NCBI RefSeq assembly: GCF_006345805.1
Contig: NC_043005.1
Coordinates: forward strand, 62,372,001-62,436,000
Length of the DNA stretch: 64,000 nucleotides
Source: Octopus sinensis
Taxonomy: Eukaryota
Direction: 5' to 3'
The position numbers and the translations under genes are program-made. Positions 1-13,150 of this stretch are shown one piece after another; the first letter of the stretch is position 1, and each line of letters begins with the position of its first letter. The notes below the pieces were generated by a model, which searched no databases, was not told the origin of the DNA, and was given only the letters and a program-made list of their open reading frames with translations.

Positions 1-99
1 AATCATATTTAACATGTTTATGTACACTTAGATGTGAGAAAACCAATTACTGCAGATATGTACATGTATTTATGTATGTGTGTGTGTGAGTGTGTGTAT

Positions 100-364
100 G
101 TGTGCCTGTGACTTTGGATACTCTTGTCTTGACATCACATGATGATTTTAAGCAAGCATCACTGTCATACAAGTGATGCTGTTCATTTCCAATCTCTCAT
201 GAAAAATGGGTTTGTGCATGGGAAAAAAGCACCTTGCTTGAAAACAGGTGTGTGTTGGTAACAGGAACGGCATCTGGTTGTAGAAAAAACTGCCTCAACA
301 AATTCTGTCTGACCCATGCAAGCATGAAAAAGGGCATGTTAAAAACAACGATGATGATGATGAT
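100..364 (+). mobile_element. Old SINE/LINE 3' part with RTE-type tail
   Basis: Ends in gacccatgcaagcatgaaaa...gttaaaaacaac(GAT)n, the same tail as the RTE copies in this window. An inverted relative lies at 32825-33050. Confidence 0.55.
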
Positions 365-1014
365 TAAGTCAATAAGAATTTAGACTATTGGTTAAGATGT
401 CATGAGTTAATAATCTTTTACTGGCACTGTTTCTGCCACATAGAGTGACATGCCTTTGTTCTATATATCATGTAGTAAAACAGGTAAAAAGCAACAACAA
501 AAAAAACAAAGAAAAAAGATGAATAAGAGTGACTCTTTGGTAAAGCAGACATCTAACAGATGGAAACTGATAGATATTAAAGTGGTTGACAATACAGTTT
601 GACCTTACTTAAATGAGAAATAAATTACTAAAGAGAAAATGAAATTTCTGTTTTATTGCTGAAGGATATTGATTTCATTTGTTAGGTGTGAGTATATTTC
701 ATCAAATTCTTTCTTCTTTGTTGTTTACTGGTTTTTCAACAGAATGGGAAACATATTCAACTTAACCTTTTCAGACTTTCTTTGTTGGAAATATGAAAGA
801 ATTACTTTGAATAATATTTCATAAAGCTACATCTTCTTATTCTTATTCAATCAGTGTCATTTGGAATAACCATCAAACACAAATCATAGCTATTGGAGCA
901 GTATAAAAGTACAAATTTAGGCAGACAAAATTTTCTCTTATTTTTTTAACATTTGTCATTTGTATTTTAATTTCTATATGGAATGTCTGCTGGTCTTGTT
1001 TTCCAGGATGGAAT

Positions 1015-1021
<7 letters not shown>

Positions 1022-1102
<81 letters not shown>

Positions 1103-1119
1103 TCAATCATATAAATATA

Positions 1120-1160
<41 letters not shown>

Positions 1161-1182
1161 ATTTATATGTGTGTGTGTGTGT
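1022..1182. repeat. Compound microsatellite (TA)n/(TACA)n/(TG)n
   Basis: Directly visible; explains the YIYI ORFs 873..1106 and 1017..1271. Confidence 0.95.
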
Positions 1183-1833
1183 ATCAACTGATTGTTTTGA
1201 TTGTTTTTATCCTATTTTACAATATTTCTTTGAAACAATCAATTTATGAATATGATTGTGAACGCATTTAAATCTGTTTAATCTAGAATTTTGCAGGAAT
1301 TTCACAACACTGAATCATTTTTCTGACTTGGATTAAAGAGAAAAGAAATTTAAAATATTGAACACAGGTACAGATGTAGAGACAAAGATACAATTGTAAT
1401 TTATATTATTATTATTGTAATTATTATTATTTCTTTTGTTGTTGTTGTTCCAAATGGAATACCTGAAAGTAGCAGCATTTTCAGTGATAACATAGTATTA
1501 TAAAAAATCTACTTTGCACTACGAGAAGATACTTAATAAACCAATCTTTTACATGAAATACAAAGGCCATTGTTCATTAGCTCCCAGGGCAGTTCTGAAC
1601 AAAGCATTTTATCACAATCAAAAGCATTCCAAACATGTTTCTAGTAAAAACCCACATATTTCATAGAACATTCTCTACAGGTTAACTTGAATTAAAATAC
1701 ATACTGTATTTATTGCATGAATCTTGTTGATGCATTAAATTTGTTCTGTGAATATGTTATCTTTAACATTCTTTTGTCATATCTCTAGATGAACTCATAA
1801 CAATTAGAAACAATGAATAACAATTACAACTAC

Positions 1834-1883
<50 letters not shown>

Positions 1884-1927
1884 TAATAATAATGATAATA
1901 ATAATAATAATAATGATAATAATAATG
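1834..1927. repeat. (AAT)n microsatellite with GAT interruptions
   Basis: Directly visible. Confidence 0.95.
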
Positions 1928-3172
1928 AGCTCAATAATAGTAATGCTACACATTTCATTTGAATACTAAAGCTGACTGAATTACCTGCCTAGTAGTTATG
2001 GAAATGAAGCAATGAAAGCCAAGATAATTAAAAGAGATGATACTAAAATGTTTTAAGACATTTAATGTAAAATTCTACTGTTTCTAGTACCTCAACTATA
2101 TCAGTTATAAGATCTACATTTGAAACAAACTTTCAATTGAAAAAAAGCAGTACATTGAGCATTTTTTCATAATAATACTCAAATTACCCTCATCTTTTAT
2201 GAGATTAATGAATATCAATTCCCAAGATACAACACAGCTATATCTGCTTCATATATTCATAATATTCCAATACTTTCCTAATATGTTATCTTTGTTTCCA
2301 AGAAGAGTATCTTAAAAAAGTCCTACGACAAGTAGTTACAAAATGTGTTAACCTGCTATAAGTGGATTATGTTAAGATATGCAAATAGCTCAGAGATACT
2401 TCCTGAAAGATTTGTTCAAGCTTTAAAACACATTTATAGGTTTGAAATTGCCATAAAGAATTGCTAACAGTTCAAATCAATAAATATTAGAGTTGAAATT
2501 AACCAGAATATCCAAAATATATGAGCAAGTGATGTAATCACTGAAGGACTAGATGCGGCATATGTAAAAGTATAAAAACAAAGTAATATATTTGAAGACT
2601 GGAAATTACACAGACTAATGAAATGTGTCTAAAACTAAATAAAATAGAACCTCAGTGTCGTATTATATCAGCTAAATTTCATAAAATGGATTCAAAGAAA
2701 GGAAGCACTTTAAATTGGAATCTCATGTAAAACGTGATAGACATTGTATAAGACACTGTAGTAGTAGAGGTTTTAGGTGAGCTCTGTAGTATCTATAGTT
2801 AGTCTAGACATCAACTTCTATAAAAAAAAATAAAATAAACTAGTGCTCCGGTATTAAAACAGGAAAACAATACAAATACTTCTATACAAACAAAAACGAG
2901 ATTTGTTTAGAATTAGACACATCTCACTTTACATATAGTTTGTTGAAAATGACATGTATCTTAACATGTGAGAAAACCTGATTTTAATGAAAATGAATAA
3001 TCAACTAAGGTATGGTAAATCTGAAAAATTAAAAATGACTTGGTTACTAAAATTTCTACAAGACCAGGGCTATGTTGCCTCTAAAGAGTTGCCTCTAACT
3101 AAAACCATATACACTGAAAAGAAGACAGAACAGCAAATAATTGCAGATCAGTACCAGTGTCTCACATCTAAA

Positions 3173-3655
3173 TATAACACTGTGTAACAAAATTTCTATT
3201 TTTTTTTTTCCTCTTTGGTCAGTAAGTGATATTTTCTTTTTGCTTCTGTCTAGAAATCAAAGGAAATCACTACTATTCCTGACAAACATTGCTGGCTGTT
3301 GATGTTTTAAAACTGACCTATTTTCCATTATACTTCAGACTGATTCAGTGCTGAGTTGCTGAAGCAGAAATATCCTTATAGCAAATATTCTGTTCAATAC
3401 CACAGATTTGCTTGTCAGCTGCTTGACCTTAATCATGTTCCTTAGCAACCAACAATGTGTATCTCTGATGATGAGCAGGAATAGTGGTGGAGCATCACAG
3501 CTATGTGTTGAGAGGGATTCTTTGGGGTTTAAATAAATCTAACAAATGCAAAGTTTGAAGGAAATATTAGCTATTTCTCATACTTTCTATGGGTAAACAA
3601 ATAGGAAATAACAGATGCTACCTAAGGACATAAGTTGGTTATATTCAAGAAAGTA
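3173..3655 (+). mobile_element. Non-autonomous DNA element/MITE, copy 1 (copy 2 at 36372-36867)
   Basis: Collinear over about 480 bp with 36372-36867. Shared blocks include tgcttctgtctagaaatcaaaggaaat, gaagcagaaatatc, tctctgatgatgagcagga and tttgaaggaaatattagcta. Confidence 0.75.
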
Positions 3656-3769
3656 AATCATAAGTTTACATATATGAAAGCTAAATTTAGCAAATATTTC
3701 ATAAAAATAACTTTCTGATATATTGCTGGGCCTGTTTGCTGGATGAGTAGGATGGGATGTCACAGTTTG

Positions 3770-4030
3770 AGTCAGTTCTTATTTGGACTTACTGCCCTTC
3801 TAGACTGGTTGAAAAATCATGATTGTCTGATACATTTCATTTTTGACTTCGTTTTTGTAGTTGGATGCCCACATTTTATCATGGAGGCAGCAAGTCATCT
3901 TGACTCACATTGTCCATCCATTCACCACCAACTTACAATGTGTCTTGATTGGATTATAGAATATAAGGCTACACAAGATGGATTGCCTTGTATTTATAAG
4001 ATTAGAGTCTTCACCTCTCTATGATGTGCT
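3770..4030 (+). pseudogene. Possible highly decayed Penelope-like GIY-YIG endonuclease tail
   Basis: ORF 3743..4024 (GLTALLDWLKNH...AASHLDSHCPSIHHQL...IYKIRVFTS) loosely follows the PLE endonuclease C-terminal pattern GxTxxxLxxRxxEH...VAxHF..H...LIxxLxxxxP. Weak similarity only. Confidence 0.3.
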
Positions 4031-5184
4031 CATTCACTCAAAATTACATGGCTGAGGAAGAGTAATGATAGGTGAAGAAGTATGGTATGATGGTAGAAAT
4101 AGAATGTATGGAGTGAGATGATTGTAGGTGGGGAGAGGAAAAGATGGATAGTAACAGATGTAGATAAAGGGTAAGGCTGAATGATGGATGTCAATAACAA
4201 AGGGTCTAAAGTGGATGAGAAACTGATGGCCTGAAGCAGATGGGTATACTGGGTTTTGTATATTTTACCCCAGAAGGGCAATATTAGATTGTTTGGGGTG
4301 CTTCTAGATCTGATGTATGGTGAATAGGAGAGATCCACTGCAATTCTTAGTTATCTTGGCAGCACAGTACAGGGAAAGAGAAAAGAAAGTGATAAAAAGA
4401 TGATGACAGAAGAATGAGAAATAGAATGATAAATAATATCTTTCTATTGAAAATGAGTTCCTTTTCAAGTTTGAGCTATTTTTGGTTTATTTTATATATT
4501 CTTTTCTAGTTTGATGAATAACTCCAATTTCTGATTTGACTATCTCTATTAGATTATCTGTGACATTATCTGCATACATTTCTTTGTCTAATGCCTGTAT
4601 CCAATATATACATGATTTTTATTACAGCAACATAAAGAAAAACTAAGTGAAATGTGAATAAAATCTTGCTATTGAAAACTTAGCTGATAAGCAACCATTT
4701 TCAGAGATCACTGAACATCATCAACTTTTATCATCTAAAGTTCTGTTGATGAAACAATGGCAAGGGTTACTAATAATCTGTCTTTCAATAAAAACTGAAT
4801 GATCTAGTTTGATCACAGTAACAATTATCAAAATGAATCAGTTTCACAAATAACCAAAATGTCCTTCCATGGAAATCACATGTTCATAAAGCATCATAAA
4901 TCTATGAAGGATACATTCTAGTATTTATCCAATAAATTTACTAAAATGAATTTTCTAACATGGTCTAATAAGGTATGATTTTGAAGAAATTATACAGATA
5001 CTGCAATTTAGCAACTGAAACAATAAATCTGACATAATAAAGTAATAATATTGTTGCTGTTTTTGTTATTTAGCCCCCCCTCCACCCCACTCCATCACTC
5101 ATCTCAGTTAAGCAGATTAATGATAAAAGATATGCCCACTACAACAGTTTACATTTTAATATATTTAGGACTACATTGCCTATT

Positions 5185-5396
5185 GGTTTCAAATTCTAGT
5201 ACAAGACCAGCAATTTTGAGTGAGGTTGTAATTTGATTACATCGACTCCAGTACTCAGCTGGTATTTGTTTTATTGACTGTGAAAGGATAAAAGATAAAG
5301 TCAACCTTGGCAGAATTTGAACACAGAATATAAAGATGGATGAAACACTGCTAAACATTTTGCCTGGTATGTTAACGAGTCTGCCAGTTCACCACT
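5185..5396 (-). mobile_element. tRNA-derived SINE family B (central gcctttcatcctttcggggtcgataaa domain, MetaSINE-like)
   Basis: Reverse complement matches the + strand copies at 8906-9114 and 61870-62330: ctggcag head, gttcaaattc B-box and central domain. Confidence 0.75.
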
Positions 5397-5409
5397 TTAA
5401 TTCAAGCTG

Positions 5410-6360
5410 GTATTAACATCCAGTTAAGATAATTGATATAAATACATAAGCCATTCCAGTTGTAAACTGGAATTTTAAGTGAATTGAAGAGCTTTATTCA
5501 TTGCCACTCTTGGAGGCAGTAAAATGTAAATTGATTGGCTCAGTAAGGAAATATGAAGAACACTAAATCATTTTCTCTATATCTCAGGAAACAATATGAT
5601 ACAAATTAGAAACTAATTCAGCAAGTTTAGGTAAAAGCAAAGCAATTAAAAAAAGAGAGAATGATACAATTAAAATAGAAATGTCATAGTAGAAACCCTC
5701 TCCATGGTGAATATCCTGCAATACTCAATGTAGATGAAATAAGTTGGTATGAAAGTCAAAAGTGGTTTAAAAGTTCTAGAATAAAAGCAGAAAGAGAAGG
5801 CCTGATTATACTGATTATAATGCTACAGAATCAATGCCTAGTCATAAAATTAATAATAACTAAACTGATAATAAAATAAGAGACTTGTATCAATTGCAGA
5901 CTATACAATAACCCCAATTTTGTTTTAAAATAGCACATATTCTATATAATCATCACTTAAGACAATAATATAATCCAGAAGACAAACAAACAAAACTTAA
6001 AGAGTAACAAGGAAACAAACTTTCACAACAAAACAAATTAGAAGTAACATACACACAACAAACTAGAAGACCATGCTGCACACACCTTAGAAATACAGAG
6101 ATGCAACTGATAGTGCAATAGAAGCTCATATGAAACCATTGGAAATATAATGACATTAATTACATCTATGAACAAGAATATTAATAACAATTATAACTAG
6201 CATAATATGAAATAAAAATAAACAGAAATTTAATAATTTCATATTGTGCAAAGGGAATATATATTTTATAGGTATATTTTTCATATTTCTCAAATTAATG
6301 ATGCAAATCTACAGAGATAATCTAATTACAGTGATAAGGTAAAGAATTCGGAAGATGGAT
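5410..6360 (+). mobile_element. Highly decayed RLE-type (R4/Dong-like) non-LTR retrotransposon relic
   Basis: Frameshifted peptide islands INT*AIPVV, LHGEYP, KWxKSSRIKAEREGLII and CRL appear in the order typical of the R4/NeSL ORF C-terminal region. Confidence 0.5.
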
Positions 6361-7270
6361 CATGAATACAAATATGTTAGATAATTGTGTTCATGAAACC
6401 ATGAAAACATTTTCCTAATGAGAAACAAGATATGCAGATAATTTATATATTTTTAGTATTTAATATATGTGTGTCTAAATAAATACAATTATATATAATT
6501 TATATATATAGATGTGTGTGTGTGTATAAATATATGTATATATACATATATATCATTCAACTATGGTAGTAGTTGAATAATATTCTTAAGGTCACAATTT
6601 ACTCACATGCAGCATCTTTCAGAGCTTCTCGCTAATTCAGTTCTTAACCAAATGGGAAACTGTTAAGATGTTTGAAGAGGACTGGTCCCTAGCTACATTT
6701 TGACATACAAGATTTGAGATTTGCTCCAGTTGAAAAAAGTTTACATCAAAATTTGTAGCGACATTATAGGAGAGTAAGTAACACCACCAATCAAGTTTAG
6801 ATCTAAATAACTTTTTTATTTTAAAAGCAAAATATATTTATCTTAGCTTTAATGAGAGAAGAAAGCATGAAGAATTTCATAGTTTTGATCCCATGCAACA
6901 AAAATTTATATCAAAAAGTTGTGAGGTAAAATATCATGAAAAAATATAAGGCAAAAAAGTGGATTTAAGTATAATTAACTTTTACAATTTAAAAACAAAC
7001 TATATTTTAATTAAGCTTAAAGGATAGAGCTCAATTCAATGAATTTCATAGAATCAACCTCATGTAATGAAATAAAAAAAAGTTTTGAGTGTTTGTTTCT
7101 CAAATTTGAGGGTGATAATGTAGTTCTATACTTTTTATGAATATATTTCTATAAGGGACTTTTTATATATGTCATCAGCATCATTAAGGTAAGGAAAAAA
7201 TTATCAACAACACCACTAATTGACACATTATTAATTAGCAAAAAGCATAGCCTGGAAAAAACATCTATTA

Positions 7271-7698
7271 CATGGAAAAATGCAAGCAAGAGAAATAATA
7301 TTCTTAAGATTATAAATCTGGAAAATTACAGGACAAGTTATACTTGGAAAAGTTCAGGACAAGTTATTAAATCTGGTAAAGTACAGAACAAGAAAATTTT
7401 TACTTAAAACATTGCAGCTAAGGATAAAATATTTTGAGTTATTTTTCATTTTTAATAGAACAAGTAATAACTTGTAATAAAATTTTTAGCTTTAATAAAA
7501 GCTAATATTTTCTAAGCCTAAATATTTTATTTGAAATTTTATCCTTAGCTGTAATATTTTAAGCAAAAATGTTCTTGTTCTGTACTTTACCAGATGTAAT
7601 AATTTGTCCTGAACTTTTCCAAGTGTAATAACTTGTCCTGTACTTTTCCAGATTTATAATCTTAAGAATATTATTTCTCTTACTTGCATTTTTCCATG
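7271..7698. mobile_element. Foldback MITE with about 160-bp inverted arms and TA flanks
   Basis: 7268-7430 (ttacatggaaaaatgcaag...gctaaggataaaat) is the reverse complement of 7536-7701 (attttatccttagct...gcatttttccatgtaa) with scattered mismatches. Ends read TA|CATGG...CCATG|TA. Confidence 0.85.
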
Positions 7699-7713
7699 TA
7701 AAATATGTATGTA

Positions 7714-7769
<56 letters not shown>

Positions 7770-8230
7770 TACACACACATATGAACACACATTATATATT
7801 CCCTATATATATGTGTGTGTGTGTGTGAGAGTATGTATGTACATATACATACACAACCATGCTCACTGACAGTTTATATACATATGTGTATGTATGGGTG
7901 TCCACACACACATACATACACATATAGACTAAGGATGTGTGTGTGTGCCCATGTATAAAAGTTGCTAGAAGCCCCCAGAGAATAAAAGCAAGACCTTTCA
8001 AAAGAATACATGAATCCAGTTTAGAATCAATGACCATTTAGCAATAGTTAGGGTAGGCAAGTATTATCTTGGAAATTTTTCAAAAGGTTATCAAAAATAG
8101 GTAGTTGTGTCATATTACCTGTACTATTGTGATTATATATGCTATTCTGTGTATTCTTTGTCCTCAGTCCACTTAGGCATACGTTTAGTATTATTAGAAA
8201 AACTTCAGGAAAGGGAAACTTTATATATAA

Positions 8231-8505
8231 CTAGCAGTATCGCCCGGCGTTGCTCGGGTTTGTAAGGGAAATAACTATATAAGCATTTTTAGAGAGTTAT
8301 AGCCAAAAAATAGCAAAAAAAATGCATTAAAATTGGAAAGAAAATTATGGTAAATTTTTTTTTAAATCGTTGACTCATCGTAGACATTTTTAGAGAGTTA
8401 CTTCCCTTATATAATAGCGAAAAAAATGCATTAAAATGGAAAAAAATGATGGTAAATTTTTTTTAGATCGTAGACTCATCGTAGATGTGTGCTAATACCC
8501 AGAAG
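8231..8505 (-). mobile_element. Non-autonomous Helitron 3' end (5'-truncated)
   Basis: Minus strand ends with a GC hairpin cccgagcaacgccggg, 8 nt, then CTAG followed by T (8231-8258), the canonical Helitron 3' terminus. Contains two tandem units of about 100 bp. Confidence 0.75.
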
Positions 8506-8905
8506 ACCAGCATCAATCTCCCTTCCCTATCAGGTGTCAGTTTGTGAATGGTATATGTCACATTGAGTACCAGATCAGATTACACAATTAGCAGGAGAAA
8601 GTGGAGTAGACTCTAAACAAATATGTCTCCTTTTAAAACAAACTATTTCTGCAAAGTGAGCACCCATGTCAGGGAATCCATTAAAGAAAAGCTGTGCAAG
8701 AGGGGAATGAAAAACTTTATCTCAGATTTTGAACTTCAAAAAATAACTGACAAAGGAAGACAATTGTGGAATGCTGCATTGGAAAGGACCTGTCTAATCC
8801 ATACAAGCATAAAAGAATGAAAGTTAAAAACGATGATCTCCATGATGATGTATAAGAAACTGCTCAAATTAAATTCTTTCATATGAAAATGAACCAAGGT
8901 TGAAA

Positions 8906-9114
8906 GGTGTGCTGGCAGAATTGTTACCTCACCAAACAAAATGCTTAATGACATTTCTTCCACCTTTAAATTTTGAGTTAAAATGCCACCAGGGTTGACT
9001 TTGCCTCTCACCCTTTCAGAGTTGATAAAATATGTACCAATTGAGTATTGGGATCGATGTAATTGACTTATCTCCTTCCCTAAAATTGCTGTCTTTGTGC
9101 CAAATTTTGAAATC
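8906..9114 (+). mobile_element. SINE family B copy
   Basis: gctggcagaattgtta head, gttgactttgcctctcaccctttcagagttgataaaa central domain, ttgtgccaaattttgaaatc tail. Confidence 0.75.
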
Positions 9115-9170
9115 AAAATGATCAAAGATTGAATAAGGTAAATTCTTAAAATTATCTCTCAGCTAATTAA

Positions 9171-9330
9171 GGTGCAGGTGGGGCTGTGTGGTAAGAGGTT
9201 TACTTTCCAGTCACACAGTTCCAGGTTCAGTCCAACAGTGTGGCACCTTGAGCAAGAATGTTCTGCTATAGCCTCAGGCCGCTCAAAATGTGAGTAGCTA
9301 CAGTAGATGGAAACTAAAACAAGCCTATCT

Positions 9331-9361
<31 letters not shown>

Positions 9362-9362
9362 T

Positions 9363-9427
<65 letters not shown>

Positions 9428-9670
9428 AACGCACATACACATAGGTTTGTGTATATGTAACTTTATGTCTGTGTTTGTCCCCCACCACTGCCTGACAGCA
9501 TGTGTTGGTGTGTTTATGTCTCCAAAATCTAGCAGTTTGACAAGAGAGAGACCATTAGAATACGTACCAGACTTTAAAAAATAAGTACTGGGGTCAATTT
9601 GTTTGACTATAATTTGTCAAGGCAGTGCCCTAGAAGGCTGCAGTCTAATGACTGAAACAAGCAAAAGATA
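9171..9670 (+). mobile_element. tRNA-derived CORE-like SINE family A (octopus OR-type), full length, central microsatellite
   Basis: A-box-like gctgtgtggtaag, B-box-like ggttcagtcc, CORE-like tggcaccttgagcaag, central (CA)/(TA)n and tail atgactgaaacaagcaaaaga. Collinear with 34384-34838. Confidence 0.85.
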
Positions 9671-10344
9671 AAAATAAAACATAACTGCAACTACTACAAT
9701 CTGATATACATTTTGATTCCCTTTCATCATTTGTATATGCATCCATGCCAAGGCTAAAGTATTTATTTCTCAATTAAACTGATAACAGGTTTCTGAATCT
9801 GTCCTTCAAATCATTTCTAATCTCTCTGAAGCTGTTCAATTTCTCAAAGCATAACACTGATGAAAGCAATATATGATTCTATATTAATGATCAAACTCTT
9901 TCTCTCTATACTTACTCTCCAGTGATATTTCTGTTAGTTTCCTTATAGATACATCAGAAAATTCAATTACTTTTGAATATAGTGAAGGACAGGTAATTTA
10001 CAGCTCAAAATTTCTTTCTAACCCCAAACACATTATTACCGATTTTCTGGTTGCAGTTAGGCATGTCACTGTAAATACTGGTGCTCTACTATCTGTTCAA
10101 ATCATGACACGACTTTCATGCTAATAAATCATTTTCAGCCTTACATCTGTTTTCCAAACTAGTATGAGTGGTGTGTTTTATGTTGAAGCTATTATCTTTA
10201 GAAACAGAATGCTCTTTCTACTGCTGGCAGCTTAACTGTGAAGTAGGAATAAAATGTTGGTGTTATTCCTGAAAATTGGAGCAAGTGAGTTAGTACCTTT
10301 GTCAGAAACACTACAAAGTAGTTTTAGCAGAAAGATTTGAAGTA

Positions 10345-10745
10345 CAGGTCGTCATCGACTTACAACCACAATTGGTTCTGACTTTGTTTATATTCTTACA
10401 TTTTTAAGGTAATTCTTAGGTAAAAGTCACACACAGCATTCTGTATTATACAATTATACTGGCATTAGTCAAAAGTTTCAGAGTTTCAAACAGTCACCTT
10501 ATAAACAAATATGAGGTTGATTTGATGTCTCCGTGACAGGATATTCATCCAACTCTTGGGATAACTACAGAGGCATTTGATAACCAAACCTAGGGGAAGC
10601 ATTTGCTAGCTGACATCACCCATAGATGGGTTAATTTCTAAGAAATTAAACCCATTCGATTTCAACTGGACTATTTATTACTGCTGCTGGGAGCTGGCAC
10701 ACCAACCATCGTAAAGATGACTGGTCGTAAATCGACAACAACCTG
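10345..10745. mobile_element. Tigger/pogo-like MITE with about 24-bp TIRs and TA TSD
   Basis: TA|CAGGTCGTCATCGACTTACAACCA ... TGGTCGTAAATCGACAACAACCTG|TA. TA at 10343-44 and 10746-47. Confidence 0.8.
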
Positions 10746-11426
10746 TAACAGTATTGTTGTTGACGAAGGCCATCTTCAATGAACAAACACCAGTATCAAA
10801 CTGGTACTCCAACTGAGAGGTATAAAAGACAAAGTTTTATTTTTCAAAAATTTAATTCGAACTGTAAAAAAAAAAAATGCAAAAAGAACAAAATAAAAAA
10901 AATATAAGTAAATATAGCAAGACATTTAGTCAGACGGTAGCTTCATTATTGTTTACATATCTAATGTGAAAACATTAAAAAGATAATTAGAAATAATTAT
11001 GCAGTGAAGGAAAAAACATTATAAGTGAATGATTAATAACCATTTTTAATTAATTTGGCAAGCATGTTGACATCTATGCTTATCTATTGTTCTTTCATGT
11101 GGATGATGTCTGTGAGTAATTATTTATTCTCTTAACAATTGTTTCTATGCCAACTATTTCACAATCTTGAACATTTATATTGTGATTTTTGTTATACTTT
11201 ATTTAGTATGATGTAAAATCACTATTCTTTATTTATTATGTCATATTAAGACTCAATTATCTCCAGAGTTGTCTCATATATGGAAAAAAATAATGAAAAT
11301 AATAAGACTGTAACATTTTGTACCCCAAAATATGCTTTAGTGGATGCAATTTTGTTTGACCATAACCCTGGAAATTTTTGTTTGACCACATAGTTTTATG
11401 TTTACATTTTAAACTAACGATGTTTC

Positions 11427-11913
11427 GGCCAATTAGCAAGCTATAAATACAAAACCACGTGATTCTCTGCTTTTGCATCTTTAAGGGGTATAATCAAATA
11501 AATATGCACATAGTAAAGCATATTTTAGGATCTTTGTGGTTCTAATCACTGTTTACAATTTTGTTCCAGATGTTTTCAAATTTGGTATATGGATTAAGCT
11601 TTGTATACTAATTATGAAAAGGAAATTAATTTTTCTTATAAACCCAGCCTTTAGAATTTGCAACATTTGGGTATTGTAGCCAATCAGAAGCAAGTATTTT
11701 ACATATCACTGTGGTAAAAATTTCTATTTCCATAGTAACAAAAGCAAAGAAGCACCATGTGATGCATAGCTGATTGCAAAGAACTGTTTCCATAGTAACC
11801 AAAGATGCTGTGCATGTGCACAAAGAGGGGAAGGAGATACAAGAAAGATAATTTATTTTATAAAATCCCTGATGATGAAAGAAGCAATGAACGTGCTGTT
11901 TTTTGATTGGCTG
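11427..11913. promoter_or_regulatory. Cluster of RFX X-box and CCAAT (NF-Y) motifs; possible regulatory element or repeat-borne motifs
   Basis: GTTTCCATAGTAAC 11786-11799 and ATTTCCATAGTAAC 11726-11739; AGCCAATCAG 11678-87; TGATTGGCTG 11904-13; GGCCAATTAG 11427-36; TATAAATA 11442-49; CACGTG 11456-61. Confidence 0.3.
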
Positions 11914-12489
11914 AAAATTCAGAAAATTATTAAACTTTGAATACTTGTAACATTTTTGCAAAATTTTTCTAGAATATATGAATAAAAATCTGGATTTAGT
12001 ATCAAAAGTTACATCTATACGATACATTAAAAAATTGTTTTGAATATAATTATAACAGTGATGAAAACCACAAAGATCCTCAAATAGATATGCAGACACT
12101 AAAGCATATTTGTGGATTCAAAGAATTAAATAAACGCTAAGGAAGCATCACAAATTTATTGCCAACATATTGGTAATTAATGTATACTATCAATTTTGTA
12201 TTGGTATATAAATGTAGTAATATCAAGACTGATTTTGTTTACATGATAGTACCTCTACATCTAGCAGCAACTAAGAGGTAGTGTACAACTTTCAACAAGG
12301 CTTTAACAAAAAGCCAAAACTTGCCAGACAATCTTACTTTCTAGTTGCTGAAAACTCTGTTGTTTAACCATATGGTTTATTTTCGAAATGTGTCAAAATA
12401 TATGTTTACTAAAGTTATGTTGTAACTTTGGTTACAAATGTAATTTCAAACATTCTCTGTTGGCTCAAGGTTATACATATATCTTTCTT

Positions 12490-12888
12490 TCTTTTACTTG
12501 TTTCAGTCATTTGACTGCGGCCATGCTGGAGCTCCATCTTTAGTCGAATTAAATCAACCCCAGGACTTAATCTTTGTAAGCCTCGTACTTATTCAATCAA
12601 TCTCTTTTGCCGAACCGCTAAGTTACAGGGACGTAAACACACCAGCATCGGTTGTCAAGTGATGTTGGGGGGACAAACACAGACACACACATATACACAC
12701 ACATACACATATATATACATATATATGACAGGCTTCTTTCAGTTTCTGTCTACCAAATCCACTCACAAGGCTTTGGTCAGCCTGAGGCTATAGTAGAAGA
12801 CACTTACCCAAGATGCCATTCAGTGGCACTGAACCCAGAACCATGTGGTTCATAAGCAAGCTACTTACCACACAACCACTCCTATGCC
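12490..12888 (-). mobile_element. SINE family A, full length
   Basis: Reverse complement of 34384-34838 (ttacttgtttcagtcatttgactgcggccatgctggag ... ctacttaccacacaaccactcc). Confidence 0.9.
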
Positions 12889-12896
12889 TACTTATA

Positions 12897-13062
12897 TCAT
12901 CATCATCATCATCATCGTTTAGCGTCCGCTTTCCATGCTAGCATGGGTTGGACGGCTCAACTGGGGTCTGGGAAGCCAGAAGGCTGCACCAGGCCCAGTC
13001 TGATCTGGCAATGTTTCTACGGCTGGATGCCCTTCCTAACGCCAACCACTCCGTGAGTGTAG

Positions 13063-13063
<1 letters not shown>
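12897..13063 (-). mobile_element. RTE-type LINE 3' tail, short 5'-truncated copy
   Basis: (CAT)n followed by cgtttagcgtccgctttccatgctagcatgggttggacgg; same tail as 48170-48783 and 34200-34370. Confidence 0.85.

Positions 13064-13150
<87 letters not shown>

Noticed and set aside
2987-3187. ORF with QLRY...QGY reminiscent of a Penelope RT C-terminus (plus a DTT..SASY-like stretch near 2225-2255)
   Set aside because: Similarity too weak and fragmented to call without a profile search.
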